From Fimicolochytrium jonesii (Eukaryota): a stretch of DNA of 64,000 nucleotides. Below, piece by piece: positions 13,359 through 26,083 of the stretch. Below the pieces are notes generated by a model. That model was not told where the DNA came from. It searched no databases and was given only the letters and a program-made list of their open reading frames with translations. Position numbers and translations under genes: made by a program. Location: the NCBI RefSeq assembly GCF_025526975.1, contig NW_026515677.1, positions 310,001 to 374,000 of the forward strand. The letters run 5' to 3'. Position 1 is the first letter of the stretch. Each line of letters opens with the position of its first letter.

Positions 13359-14246
13359 ATGGCACGCAGCAGCCCCACAGACCCCTCTCCGACTCCCACC
13401 GGCAACTCCTCCTCCTCCTCCTCCTCGGCCTCAAACTCCTCCAGTGACCCACCAGCCTCCCCACGCGGAACCTTTATTGTCTTCGAGGGCATCGACCGGA
13501 GCGGGAAATCCTCCCAAACTGCAGCACTATGCTCCCGCCTCACCACCGCAGGCGTGCCCGTCGTCCTTAAACGGTTTCCGGATAGGACCACATCCACCGG
13601 GAAGATGATCAGCGCCTATCTGGAGAACACCGCGCAAACCAAAGCGGAACGGATCCGGAATGGGGCGGCATCTGACGCGGCTGCCGACGCCACGGCGGAG
13701 GAGACGGAGTTATCCGATCAGGCTATCCACGTTCTGTTCTCGACGAACAGGTGGGAGGCGCAGACGGCTATCAAGCGGCTGCTGAGGCAGGGGACGACGG
13801 TGATTGCGGATCGGTACGCGTATTCTGGGGTCGCTTACACCGCGGCCAAATTCACCACATCCGCAACGAACCCGACCACCAGCACGGAGGATAGCCAACC
13901 ACCACCAACAGCTACCAACTTCTACAACACCCTCTCATGGTGTAAAAATGCCGACAGGGGCCTGCTAACTCCCGACGTCGTCGTCTTCATGGACATTGAC
14001 CCAGCCGTCGCCGCCGCACGCGCAGAGTACGGGAACGAGCGCTACGAGAAAATCGAGTTCCAGCGCGGCGTTGCGAGTATATTTGAGGTGTTGGGAGAGG
14101 AGGAGGGTGTGGGCAGATGGAAGAAGGTGGATGCGGCACGGAGCGCGGAGGAGGTGAAGGAAGGTGTGTGGGGCGTTGTGGAGCCTGTCATGCAGCGTGT
14201 GGCGGCGGAAAGGAGGGGTTGTAGAGAGGACTTGTGGTTGGATTGA
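13359..14246 (+). CDS. CDC8: Thymidylate kinase (dTMP kinase), intronless
   Basis: RGTFIVFEGIDRSGKSSQ P-loop, RFPDRTT, LFSTNRWE, ADRYAYSGVAY, YGNERYE; first in-frame ATG at 13359. Confidence 0.93.
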   Translation: MARSSPTDPSPTPTGNSSSSSSSASNSSSDPPASPRGTFIVFEGIDRSGKSSQTAALCSRLTTAGVPVVLKRFPDRTTSTGKMISAYLENTAQTKAERIRNGAASDAAADATAEETELSDQAIHVLFSTNRWEAQTAIKRLLRQGTTVIADRYAYSGVAYTAAKFTTSATNPTTSTEDSQPPPTATNFYNTLSWCKNADRGLLTPDVVVFMDIDPAVAAARAEYGNERYEKIEFQRGVASIFEVLGEEEGVGRWKKVDAARSAEEVKEGVWGVVEPVMQRVAAERRGCREDLWLD

Positions 14247-14645
14247 TGCCTTAATGCGGCCGTGGATGCAGTGCGATCGAATGTATTGAACGACCTGTGC
14301 ATCGCGATACCCATTCCCCACGCCTCTACCGACCCTTCTGTAGCATGTCAGCAGCCTTATCTTCCCTTCCAGAGAAAGCGAGCGTATCGGTTGTCTACTA
14401 GCTGTGTATTTGTACATACTTGTCGGAAATGTAAATATGGGAAGTGTAATCGACGGGGTCAGCCAGCCGTATTGAACCATTGCTGCGACCGGGACTTTTC
14501 CATGGATGGATCGTGGATATCTACAAAGCATTCGCGATGCGGGAAATCTGTTCCGGCACCGCTGCAAACACGCTCGACGTTGAAACCTCGGCTGCTTGTC
14601 CAAGAGGTCTCAAATTACCCGAATACGCCGCACGTCGCATCCTCC

Positions 14646-15737
14646 TCACAGCAGCCCATGTTGCCGAAACAGCCGAAAGAACTGATAAGCCTCATGCGCC
14701 CTCCCAAACGTCTCCTTCGGCAACCGAACCGCCGCATACTCATGCCAATCCGGATCGAATTCCCGACCATCCACATCATTCGCCTGTTTACCACTTATTC
14801 CAAACACGACATATATCAATACCAACGCGAGACGGAAAGAGGTGTGAGGTGGGACATACCTTGCGATCCCCATCCGATTCTGACCTTTTGATACCGCCCG
14901 CTCATGCAGCGCCATGCTCAATTCCATGTCGTTGACCCCCGGGAGACCGCGCAGGACTTGCCGGAGGAGCATGCGGAGGGCCAGGAAGGCTTCGGCGCGG
15001 GGTGTATTTGGGTTTGTGTCTTCGGCCTGGGTAGAGGCTCATGCCTGAGCCAATAGTTTCTGATGGAGGAGGGACAGAGAGAAGACGCACCTGGATGAAC
15101 ATCCCACGACCCGCGTAAGACTTCATGCTCCCGACCCTGATTACATAGTTTCCGCGCTCGTACTTGATTCCCTGCATGTCCCACCTTTAAGCAAACCCCC
15201 AACCCATCACAGTCGGATCCCCACACTCCCCAACGCACCTCAATAGCAATCTCCTGCCTCCTCACCCACAACCCCTTCAACTTTCCCAAAATCATCTCAT
15301 ACCCCTCATCCATCTCGATCACAATCCCGCTCTCCTTCCACTGCTCACCACCCGTGATATCCATCACCGGCACCGCCGCACGACCGCCGACCGTCGCAAT
15401 CATCGCAAACACGCCCTCCACATGCGCTTGGGTGAGGACATACTGCACTTTCGGTGTATAAGATGATGTCGCGGGGTTGGTGAATGAGGTGGTGGAGGCG
15501 GAACGCAGCCGCGCGTCGACTTGGTCACGGTAGGAGCGGCATGTGAGGGACCAGGTTTCGTCGGTTTCGGTGAAGTCGAAGGTGTCGGTGAGGCGATTGT
15601 TGAGCGGGTTGACGAGGGAGAGGGGGGCAGAGGGGAGGAAGACCAGACTTTGGTGGGGGGAAGTTCAGGGTGTATTAGCGATTTGTTGGACCGGCCAGAA
15701 ATGGGAACCTGGCGCCAACTCACCTCGTCACCCCCAT
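14646..15737 (-). CDS. MED20: Mediator subunit Med20, multi-exon
   Basis: First exon ATG GGG GTG ACG (MGVT, as in Med20) followed by a gtgag donor; WSLTCRSYRD; LWVRRQEIAIE/GIKYERGNYVIRVGS; ends AYQFFRLFRQHGLL. Confidence 0.75.
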
Positions 15738-16252
15738 TTCCGTGCCTTCCTGTGCTTAGCCGTCCTGCCAGCCAAACAAGGGTTCCCGAGCTTGTCTCTT
15801 ATGTTTAACGCCTACAGGTTCTTGTCATTGCGAACGGGAGGCGACGGGAGGGCAATGTCGGAAGGACTCGTTGAGCGAACTTCCAGACGCGTTTGTCGAT
15901 TTTACCCACTGGGACACCTGTGGGACACTGACTGGGACATGGAAACTCCAATGATGCACATACACACCCAGGACGTTCATGAACGACGACAATGGTCGCA
16001 AGTAACCTTTTTCATGCAGTGGGGTGACAAGACAAAGTAGTGCAAGGCTATCATGCAGAAATTAGAAGTCTGATGGGGATACGCCGGTATAACAATCTCG
16101 ATGAGAAGCGACAAGCTCGGTGAGAACTATGAACAGGGCTTTGCCAATCCGCCAGACCATACTAAAACTGGCGGTACGACATTTCTTCATCCATTGGCAC
16201 AAATAGCAACGCACCGGTGCATTGGGGGAAGATGGTAAACATCTGAAGCTCA

Positions 16253-17456
16253 TCAGTTTGCGACCTTGACAACGATCTTTCCCCTAGCATGTTTGCTGAG
16301 CATGAGATCATATGCCTGCAAATCAATTTGGAAAGAAACGAAAGATGGTTAGTGCAACCGGGGCCTCCTACATATACACCCCCACAAACACCGAGCCATA
16401 CCTTCAACACATCCCCCATCCCAAACACATCCCCAACCACAACCTTCACCCTCCCCTCCCCCACCAACCCCCCCAACCTCTCCAAAGTTTCCAACGTCGA
16501 CACCGCCGCAACCTGCACATGCTTCCTGCCCACTCCCCCAAGAACCCTCGGCCGCATATTGTTCCCCAACATCTTGCCCAGGGCGGATAACATCGGGAGG
16601 TAGGCGTAGGAGGTTGGTGCGATCCCGACGGAGACGAAGGGGCCGTCGGGGTGGAGGTAGGAGCGGGAGTGGGTGAAGAGGGGTTGGGAGCCGCGGGCGT
16701 CGATTAGGAGGGTGGAGAGGTGGATGGGGAGGGAGGGGTGGGCGGTGTAGTCGATTACCTGTTGGAAAGAAAGTATTGCGGTTCAATCGTGTGGTCATTG
16801 AACGGCGAATTCGGGGACGATAACGTTACCTCATCAGCACCCAACCCCTTCACGAAATCCGCATTCCTTCCCGAACAAACCGCCACAACCTTCCCACTCT
16901 CCCCAACCGCATTCTTCGCCAGCTGCACGGCCAGATGCCCACATCCGCCACTCGCACCATTCACCAGCACCCGATCGCCAACCTTCAACCCCGCCGCATC
17001 CACCAAACACAACGCAGTAGCGCCCGCCACGCCCAGCCCCGCCGCTTCCTCAAAACCAATAGTAGCCGGTTTGGGAAAAACGGAAGTGTGTTCAACAGCA
17101 ACAAACTCCGCCAACGCGCCGACCCCTTTCCCAACATGCTGACCGACGGGTATAGACCCAAACACCTCCACACCCTCCTTCAACCCCCGCTCAGCAGGCA
17201 CACCCTCGCCAACCCTCACAACTGTGCCCGAGAAATCCAGTTCGGGGATACACGGTTTCTTGCGGAAGACAGCGGGGTAGAGAGCCATCAAGATGGAGCC
17301 ACCTGGGTTGAGGGACGCGTGGGAGATGGCGATGAGGAGGGAGGTTGGGGTGAGTAGGGTGGGGACGGGGAGGGTGGGGGCGAGGGTGAGGACCGTGGAG
17401 GGGGCGCCGGGGTTGATGTGGGTCCAGGCGCGCATTGTTGGGGGGAGGGTGAACAT
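16253..17456 (-). CDS. MDR-superfamily NADPH:quinone oxidoreductase (RTN4IP1/Yim1-like), 3 exons
   Basis: ASLNP, IPELDFSGTVV, GALAEFV, AAGLGVAGATA, VLVNGASGGCGHLAVQLAK, LGADEV; last exon AYDLMLSKHARGKIVVKV stop at 16253. Confidence 0.88.
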
Positions 17457-17567
17457 TTTCGGTGCGTAAAAAGGTTATCTGGAGAGGAACTTCGCTTGTG
17501 GTAGATAGAGGAGGTGGTGGTGCTGCTTTGAGATGATGGGAGAGGGAGTCTGCTACCTGTCTTGCTT

Positions 17568-17579
17568 CTTATATATAAG
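17568..17579 (-). promoter_or_regulatory. Putative TATA box of the MDR oxidoreductase gene
   Basis: cttatatataag about 110 bp upstream of the ATG at 17456. Confidence 0.5.
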
Positions 17580-18099
17580 TACACCGGAGAGGAAGCACGT
17601 CTGAGGCGACCACCATCGACCCCCGACCGACCAACCCTCCAGGTTCCAAAACCAGTCATTTCGATCAGGAAGGGTGAGGCCGCAAGCGTGGGACGGTGGG
17701 AGAGCCGTGGGGTGTTCAGGGTGTCGAACACGTTTACGTCCCGGTGGTTCATTTGACGCGTGGCTTTCTTTAAGGTTCATCGACGCCCCGTGGATTCTGG
17801 CTAAGCCCGCCCTCCGAGCCTCCGGAGCAACACAACGAAGACACCGAAACGGCGAAAAGTACAGTACAACAATTCGCAAATATCGAATGGTGGCAACGGC
17901 TCGGGATATTCGTAACGCACAAGTTTGAGACACTCCCGCTGTCTATCATCATCATGTCCACCCAATCCGACTCCCGAAAATATCCTTTATCGTCTATAAC
18001 ATGCATGCAAAGTTAAGAAAACAAACATTCGACCCAATTACGCTCATCCCCATCCCCCCCCCCCCACCCCCCAACCACCAGTCTCATACAGAAACCAAC

Positions 18100-20054
18100 T
18101 CAAAAGTCCTGCCACTCATCCTCACTCGGCTTCGGCTTCTGCCGACTACTAACCGACGTCGCAGTCCCATATGTGGGCTGGCTCTGCGGTGACGGTGTCA
18201 CTGACGAAGCAGCAGCAGCAGCAGCAGCAGGCGTTGTCCACTCATCTCGCTGCACATCCTTCGCAGGCTGGTCCCAATCTCCCCACAGATCCTCACTCGC
18301 CGGGGGCGGGTTCGCATCATGAGACGATCCGTGATTGTCTTCCCACCCGCCACCACCGTAGTGTGGATTGTTGTTGTGGTTGTTACCTCCCGGCTGGGAG
18401 TACCCACTGGCCTGATTGACGAAGCTGGAGACTTGGTTGAAGCCCTTTTGTCCGACTTCGGTGACTTTGGAGCCGAAGGAGGTAACAGAGCGGGAGAGGT
18501 TGTCTTTGAAGTTGGGATCGCGGACGGCGGTTGCTGTGGGTTGGATCACGTTTTCGGCGACCTGTGTGTGGAAGGGGGGCGAGGGTGAGGCGGGAGAAGC
18601 TCGGGAACGATGTTGGGGGGAAGTTTTAATCCACAGGGCCGAGGGTCTAGCACGCACCTTCTGTCCGACCATCTCAGCTCCCGAAACGGCGATCTTGGCA
18701 CCCTCCATGACAGTGTTTCCGACCAACCCAGCAACCGACGTGAGAGTGGGCGCGAGGAATCCCCAGCCCTTTGACAGAGCCTTCAATGGATCTTCAAGGA
18801 TGTTCGCTGGTCCGCTATTGCTGAATGAAGGGGTGACTGTGTGCAATAGGGTCCCTCAGTACGGTTATGCAACCGTACCCTGCCACTTCAGAGATATGCA
18901 TAAACTCACAGTCGCTGTTGCCGAACCCTGCGTATTTGCCACCCTGATTCGGCGGGAGGTTGGCGGACCGGGTGGCGTTCTCAAATCCCTTTTTCTGCAA
19001 CGATACTTGGCTTCAATAACCCATCCACCATGAGTGAGGGGCCCTCACGTTTCCAAAATTCCCACGTACAGCAAAAAAGTCCTCATTCCTCGACTTTTGA
19101 TCTGGGAATCCACCGTCGCCGCCTTGGTATCCCGACTGCCCAGACGATACTCCGCTATACGCGCCGCCGCCGCTTGGTAGGTTCCTTCCCCCTAGGGCCG
19201 GCGAACCGCTGGGACGTGGGGACCCCGTGGTGCGTGGGGAGTTTGTTCCCAGTGTCCGGGCGGGGGCTGTCCAGGTCTTTCCTTCACATTCGGCACTCAG
19301 CTGTTTGAGAAATGGTTAGAAGCGCTTTTGGCTCCTCGCTTCGGATCGCTCCTCGACTTGAACACACCTTCTCCCGGTATTGCTTAGCAAACTCACTGGG
19401 GACGACCAAATCAGTATGGTCCCTCACGCGAGAAAATGCTTGCGACGAGGCTACCGACTCACCTGCCATACTTTTCCTGATGCCCGCAAAGATGAAAGCC
19501 CGCAAATCAGAGATGGCTCGCAGCAGTCGCGCAGAAAATCTTGCCTGTCCATTACCTGGATCGTCATGGTATTCGAGTACTCTTCAGGAAAGCGAAAGTC
19601 AGCCCTCATGACGTAAGGTCGCTGAGTCCATATGCCACACAACCAACCTGGGAAGGTTTCGAAGAATTGCAGCATCTTCCTGTTCCCTCCAAGCGTCATG
19701 CGCTTGACCTGGTCTTCACTCCACTTGTCCATAGTCACCGACCGAACGAAGCTAAGATGGACGCCCTATGTTTACGCTATGAGCTTGCAATGGATATCGG
19801 AACAACCCTCGTCCTGAAGGGGGACCCATACCAGACTCCTATGGACACCCGAGCATTCGAGGCAAAAGAAGATGCCGTAGGTGACACTGGCCCATTGTGG
19901 ATTATGTGCCCCTGGCGGAGTGTAAATATCAAGAGTGAGTGAGAATGTGGGAGTGCTGCTACGATGGGTGTGAGTGCGGCTTACCGCAATCGACACAGCT
20001 CTTGTTGTCCTCGCGGCGCTGGAGCTCCAGCAGCGTCTGCTTCAAGGGGTCCAT
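18100..20054 (-). CDS. GCS1: ARF GTPase-activating protein (Gcs1/ArfGAP1), multi-exon
   Basis: [35 protein letters not shown] zinc finger, [48 protein letters not shown]-like region; ends DEWQDF. Confidence 0.92.
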
Positions 20055-20377
20055 GATAGTCAAGCTCGTAGTTCAAGTGGTTATCCTGAAGGGGTCGTCT
20101 TCAGCCGTCCGCAACCAACAACAACTGCTTTAGAGGAGGCCTCGAGACTCCTCCAGAGGACAGCGGCAAAAGTCAACGGACGCGTCTTCCCAGGTCTCCC
20201 AGGTCTTCCTCCTTCGCAACGTCTGCTTTATGCAGCTGCTGGCAACCGCACAAGATATCACTCGGGCAGTGTCCTTCATCGTATCTGAGTACTGAGGTGG
20301 TGGAGGCATATCCGAACAAGGGGACCCACAGTCACTTGCTGTATTGAAAGAGTCGGATTCGTATCCCGACCTTCGTC

Positions 20378-22680
20378 ATGGCCACCAGCAAACCCGATAC
20401 GGCTGAGCCACTCGCGATCAATTCAGGCCACGCGGAACTTGAGCAGACCGGCCACCAAAGCGAAAGGCCTAATGGGAGCGTCAGAAAAGAAAATGGCACG
20501 GATGGAGAAAAGTCCTCCGGAGAGGAGTTGCTGCCGATAAGGAGGAGGCCGAAAGCTATAGACCTGATAGCGGCCCCAGTGAAGAACGAGCTAGGGGCGG
20601 AAATGGGGAGGGGTTTGGAGAAGGGGCTGGAGAAAGACGTAGAAGCGGAAAAGACGGAAAATGACGCACCTCTGCTAGAGGATGGCGAGGTGCACGAGGA
20701 CGGCGAAGCACCAGAAATGAACGGGTTCATCCCTATGGAGGATCCCCGTTTCTACTTTCACCCGGCGACAAACTACGTGTACGACACAATCACAGGCGCT
20801 TACAGCTTATGGGATGTCGCGAGCCAATCATACCGGGCGATTCCCCCCGCAGTCCCCACCATCGCAAACAACGTCACGAACATGGGCTTACAGGTCATTG
20901 AACATGCTCCGGAAAGCGATGCAACCCTGACATTGGTGGTGATTCGGTCGAAATTGCTGCAGCCTGGATCCATCGTGCTTGTGGATGGAAAGGGGCTGAC
21001 GATTGGGAGAGAATCCTCGGAGTTCGATCGCCGTCTGGTTCTCAATGAGCTTAGTGTCAGCAGAGTGCATTGTTCTCTGTTTGTCGATCGGGTCCTGGAG
21101 ACGGTCCCGGAAACGATGGGTACCCACGAACGCCGGAGCGGTCGTGAAAGGTCGTCATCAAGAGATCGATCAGGAATGAAAAATCGACGAATAGAGGAGG
21201 CACATCCGGAGCAGGTACGATGGCTCTCAGACCGAAGGGACCGGAACATAACATTCTGATCGATAAGTTCCTAAAGGCGGCAAAGGGACACGACCGTGTA
21301 CAAGACATGGCATCAAAACTCACTGCCGAAATCGGAGCGCGAGGTAGCAATCGATTCGGTCTTGAAAATGCCTTCCACCATCGCCGTGGCATCTTGCTAG
21401 CGGCCTGTTCATGAGCCCCATCCATCTCTCTCCACTCCCACGATTTTCACTTTGATTAACCATCGTCATCGCCGATATCTCCCTAGACAAACATCGGAAC
21501 CATCGGGATGATTCACCAGTACGGTCGGGCAAACGACGACGTGATGAAGAGAAGGATGGATACCACCACCACCACCGTCACCACCACCAACGCTCAGGTC
21601 GTCGAGGGTCTCGTTCATGGTCTCGTTCCGGGTCTCGTTCTCGGACGCGTTCGCGATCTCGTTTCAGGTCTCGTTCCAGGTCGTATGACTCGTACGACTC
21701 TTATGATTCCGACCGCAGCTATGGGCGTCGGAGAGAGAAACGGGCTAGGCGGACTCGCCGCGAACCTACCCCACCGCCGAAACAACGCCTTGCGGACTAC
21801 TTCTTCGTTACGGATGTTGGATCCACGCATGGAACCACGCTCAACAACGTGCGGCTGAGCGAAGCTAAGGTATGCCGCTGTACTCTCCTCGATCATCCCA
21901 ACATCAAACTGACGGTCTTATTCAATAATACAGAAAGCTAGCCAACCGCAAATGCTCAAACACGGCGACGTCCTCGCCATCGGCTCCACCGTCCTCAAAG
22001 CCCACATCCACCCCGAATGGCCCTGCACCGACTGCCGCGTCACCTCCAACAACGTCGTCAGCACCGAGCCGCGCCCCAAAAAAGCCACCGCTTCCGTCAA
22101 AACCGATCCGCCACCCTCACAGGACTCGACCAACAATTCAGGCAACGCAACCGATAAAACCGCCTTAGAGAAAACCCGACGCGCGGAACTTAGAAGACTC
22201 AAACGTGAAGCCCTAGGCGGGGACGCGAGCGCGGATAAACCAAAGTATATTGACCGCGCGGCCCTACGGAGACAGATGCACGGTCTTTCGGCTGAACCCC
22301 CGGCCGCCGAAATCGGTTACGACACAGGTATTGGGGGCAACTCCCCGGCCCCATCGCGTGCACATCAATCATCCTATAACACACCACGACGCGCCTACGA
22401 CGACCCAACACCGTATGAGGACCCACCGGTCATGGGCGTCGGGGGCAGGATGTTGCAGAAGATGGGATGGACGGCGGGGCAGGGGCTTGGTGCGGCGGGG
22501 GACGGGCGGGTTGAGCCTGTTGCTGTTACGATGCGGCAGAATCGGGTTGGTCTGGGGATGGATCACGGGGCGAGTGAGACCATGAAGGGGGGAGATCGGC
22601 ATCAGCATGGGAAGGAAACGCTGAAGCAGGCGACGATGCGGAAGGCTAGGGAGAGGTTTTTGGCTATGAATGATGAATAA
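20378..22680 (+). CDS. AGGF1-like protein: OCRE motif, FHA domain (split by an insert) and G-patch
   Basis: YFHPATNYVYDTITGAYSLWD (OCRE-like); TIGRE...VSRVHC and TDVGSTHGTTLNN...LKHGDVLAIGST (FHA halves); KYIDRAALRR; GVGGRMLQKMGWTAGQGLGAAGDGRVEPV (G-patch). Confidence 0.82.
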
Positions 22681-23027
22681 GGACGGGGGTGCCGCGCATG
22701 AACGATGAGTGGGAAACGGCGGTTTCGACCCCATGCTATGCATGAACGATCGGATACCTCGTCCCGATTTGCCGTATAGGTCGCCACCCTACGTATTCGG
22801 CAAACGGCGTCCTTCCTTGATTTTTTTTTTCACCGATCCCATATATACTTCCCCAAACTGGCCCTCGAACATGGCACATGCAAATGAGGCATTTATGGCG
22901 GCTCAGAACACTATGTATATGTACAACAGGAAAGAACATTCACAGATTCTGGTACGCTACCGCAACGGGGCTACATGTACTGTATAATCATCTACGCCAG
23001 ATAATAAACCCAAACCGCTGCACGTAA

Positions 23028-25642
23028 TCATCTCCCCGTCTCATAGTGCAACGCATCCTCGCCCGCATCACCCCTCGTCGTCTCCCCAGCCGCGATCCCA
23101 TTCGCCATCATCGGCGGCGCCCTCTGCCCGCCATTCGATATCCACGCCCCGTTCTGCGACAGAGTATCACTCTCATCGACATCCATCCCGTTCTCCGCCT
23201 CATCCTCAAGCCCCACCGTCGACGAAACCGACGAATCCGGTTGCGGCGGCGGGCGAGCGAACCGCGGAAGTTGATGATGATGCGTCGCCAGACCGTTCCG
23301 CGGCGGCCGCGGCTGCTCATCCGTATCCCTGTCCTCGTCGGTGAAGGAAGAGGTGGCGGGGCTGTCGATGGTGAACAGGCGCGCAACGGTGGGGTTGACG
23401 GGCCGCGCGCGCGGGTTGATGGAGACGAGGTGGCTGGAGCGGCGGCCGTAGTCGCGGTGGTTGCGGCGGTTGTCGCCTTCGTCTTCGGAGTCGGAGAGTT
23501 CGGTGGAGGGGATGCGGTGCATGTCGCTCATTGATTCTGTGTATTTTACATGGGGATTTTTGGATGGATGGGTCAGCTTTGGGTGCGGGTGCATGTGCGT
23601 GTAGTGAGGATGTGCAAACTTACGTGTTATGCGTTCCTCTGGGTCTTCTTCCTCGTCCGATTCGAACAGGTTGCGGTCCAAGTCGGATGGGATTGCTGTG
23701 GAGAGTTCGCGTTAACACACCGTCGTTTTGCCATTCACAGTGTTGTAATGTTCCCTACCGTGCATCTGGACACTCGGAGCCGCGGGCATATTACGGAGGT
23801 TCTCCACTATCTTCATGCTACAGATGAAGTGATGAGGCCCATTTCGATGAGTTATCTGCGGCGAATCGATGGCCTTACTGCATCCGCTCCAAGTATTCCC
23901 GACTGTTCCGATTGTCCATGTTGTTGTTGGGGATATCCAGCCGATAATTTGGGCCAAAGTACTGATAATAATCGTTGTAAGGCAGTTCTAGAAGGGGAGC
24001 CGCTTTTAGTCCCCCATTCCAATAAATCCACCATCACAGATACCTGGACCTACCGTCGTCCAGCTCTTCGCCCACCGCTAACCCAGTCTCATAGCACCAG
24101 GCCCGAGACACGTTTCGTATTGTGTAGCCCCCGCCGCCCAGCATCATAATGGGGATGTTGAACGTCTTCATGAACTCCACGGCCATCCCGTGCCCTGTAT
24201 CGAACATCAGATTCCACGTCGGGCAAGATGCATAAAGCGACAGAATGCGCCCACCTTGTAATGACAAGTTGAAACACCCCAGTCGATCTCCCGCGAGTGA
24301 ATCGGCACCGCATTGCAGAACGATGACTTCTGGCTGGTAAAATGCCATCACATGGCGCATCACCTGTACACGGAGGTTAAGAACATGTAGCCAAATGTAA
24401 CAGCGCTTACTGAACTTACCGGCTGAAAGATCCGCTTATATGTGCTATCATCGATTCCATCTTTCAGCGGGAAGTTGACCGCATAATGCTTTCCGTCCCC
24501 GTGTCCAACATCCTGCATTCGCATCGGTTTCGACGCGATCGTCAGCAAAGCTGTTGCTCTTCCCAGTAATGGCAAGTCTCGACCTTACATTTATATCTCC
24601 GGTTCCCGGAAAATACTCGCCGTACTTGTGGAATGAAACCGTCATGACGCGGTCGGTGGAGTAGAATGCTTCCTCGACACCGTCTCCGTGATGCACATCG
24701 ATATCCACGTACAGGACTCGCTGATAGTTCCTGAAAAGTGATTGTCTCGACATGAGGATTTGTGTGCTCTACCTGTTCTCCATATGAGACTTAACGTACT
24801 TGAGGAGCTCCAGGATCCCTAATACGATGTCGTTTACATAGCAGAAGCCTGATGCTTCGCACTTTTTGGCGTGATGCATGCCTCCTCCCCAGTTAATGGC
24901 AATGTCCGACTTGTCGTTGATGAGGTTCTGCGCAGCAGCTTAATGATCCACAAGGGTTCAGTTGCAAGTGACATGAACGGTCCATCACTCCAGCAAGTTC
25001 AACCCACAGATAGAGCCTCCCGCCGACAATGTCGAGAAATCGTACATTCCTTCAAATACCGGACAATCCTCTCCAACGTTGACTGCAGAGATCCAGAGGT
25101 TACACTTCGACGCTTCGCATGAAGTAGCAGTGGAACGAGAGAGGGCCTTACACTTCTGTTGCGATCTCGTCAACTCTTCAAAGTTGTCAGGAGTAACACG
25201 TTGCAGGAACTCCATGTAATCGTCAGAGTGGAACTTTGTCAGCTCGGCGAAAGTTGCTCGTGATGGTCGCTGAGCGAGCAAAAGGCGACCCCATCAGCCA
25301 TCCGCTCACACATCGGGCATAGATCATGGCTGTCCGCTACGTACGTAGATTTCCATTTTCTTATACAGCCCGTAGTTCATCACCAAATTATGCGTCATTC
25401 GTATCCTATGTGGCTATAAAGGTAGAGACTGCGGCATCAGATGAAGTGTCTAAACACTAGACATACTTCGAAGCGCACATACCTTCATTGGGTGTTGAGG
25501 GCCATAGTGAAAGTTTCCGACGTCCTCTAACACGGTAAGTCAGAAAGGTCGAACATACTCCCCAGTTGGACCATTTCTGAGAAAATGATGTACCATGATA
25601 GTAGTATGATACTCGGTGCTTCTGCGCCGGTCCTGTCGCCAT
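23028..25642 (-). CDS. RPD3: Class I histone deacetylase (Rpd3/HDAC1-like), many exons
   Basis: [109 protein letters not shown]. Rpd3 versus Hos2 subclade is not certain. Confidence 0.9.
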
Positions 25643-26083
25643 GTTGTGCTCGCTGCAGCCGTACTATGCGGCAACCCAGAAAACTTTCTGCGAAACCGGC
25701 TTCGGAGTCAGTCGCAGCGCCATATCATGCCAAAGCTATGATACACTCGAAGCACATACCTGCTTGCACTATTTATTAGAAAGGGTGCTGCACTTCCAAT
25801 ACTCCATCTACCACCTGGTGTGCGTCTTCGAGTCTCGTCTGTGAGGGTCGGTTTTCACGGCGATGCTGTCCACGCCCCAACCTTCAGAACAGCGCGCCGG
25901 TCTTTTCAGGTCACCGTCATTCCCACGACCTTTTAGAACATCCTGTTCCCTCGACAGTAACCCCAGTGCTACCGACATAGAAGTAGTACCACCGTTGCCC
26001 TCCCTCCGCCGACCTCCACTTGTCTACTGTGTCAAATAGTTCGGCCGGCGCTCCCGCAATGAACCGTTACAGTTAGGGTGGCT

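Noticed and set aside
15908..15941. Three tgggaca copies upstream of Med20
   Set aside because: Too short and without support for a regulatory role.
18208..18230. (CAG)n microsatellite, plus poly-C at ~18054 and poly-G at ~142
   Set aside because: Ordinary simple repeats; the CAG run encodes poly-Ala in the ArfGAP tail.
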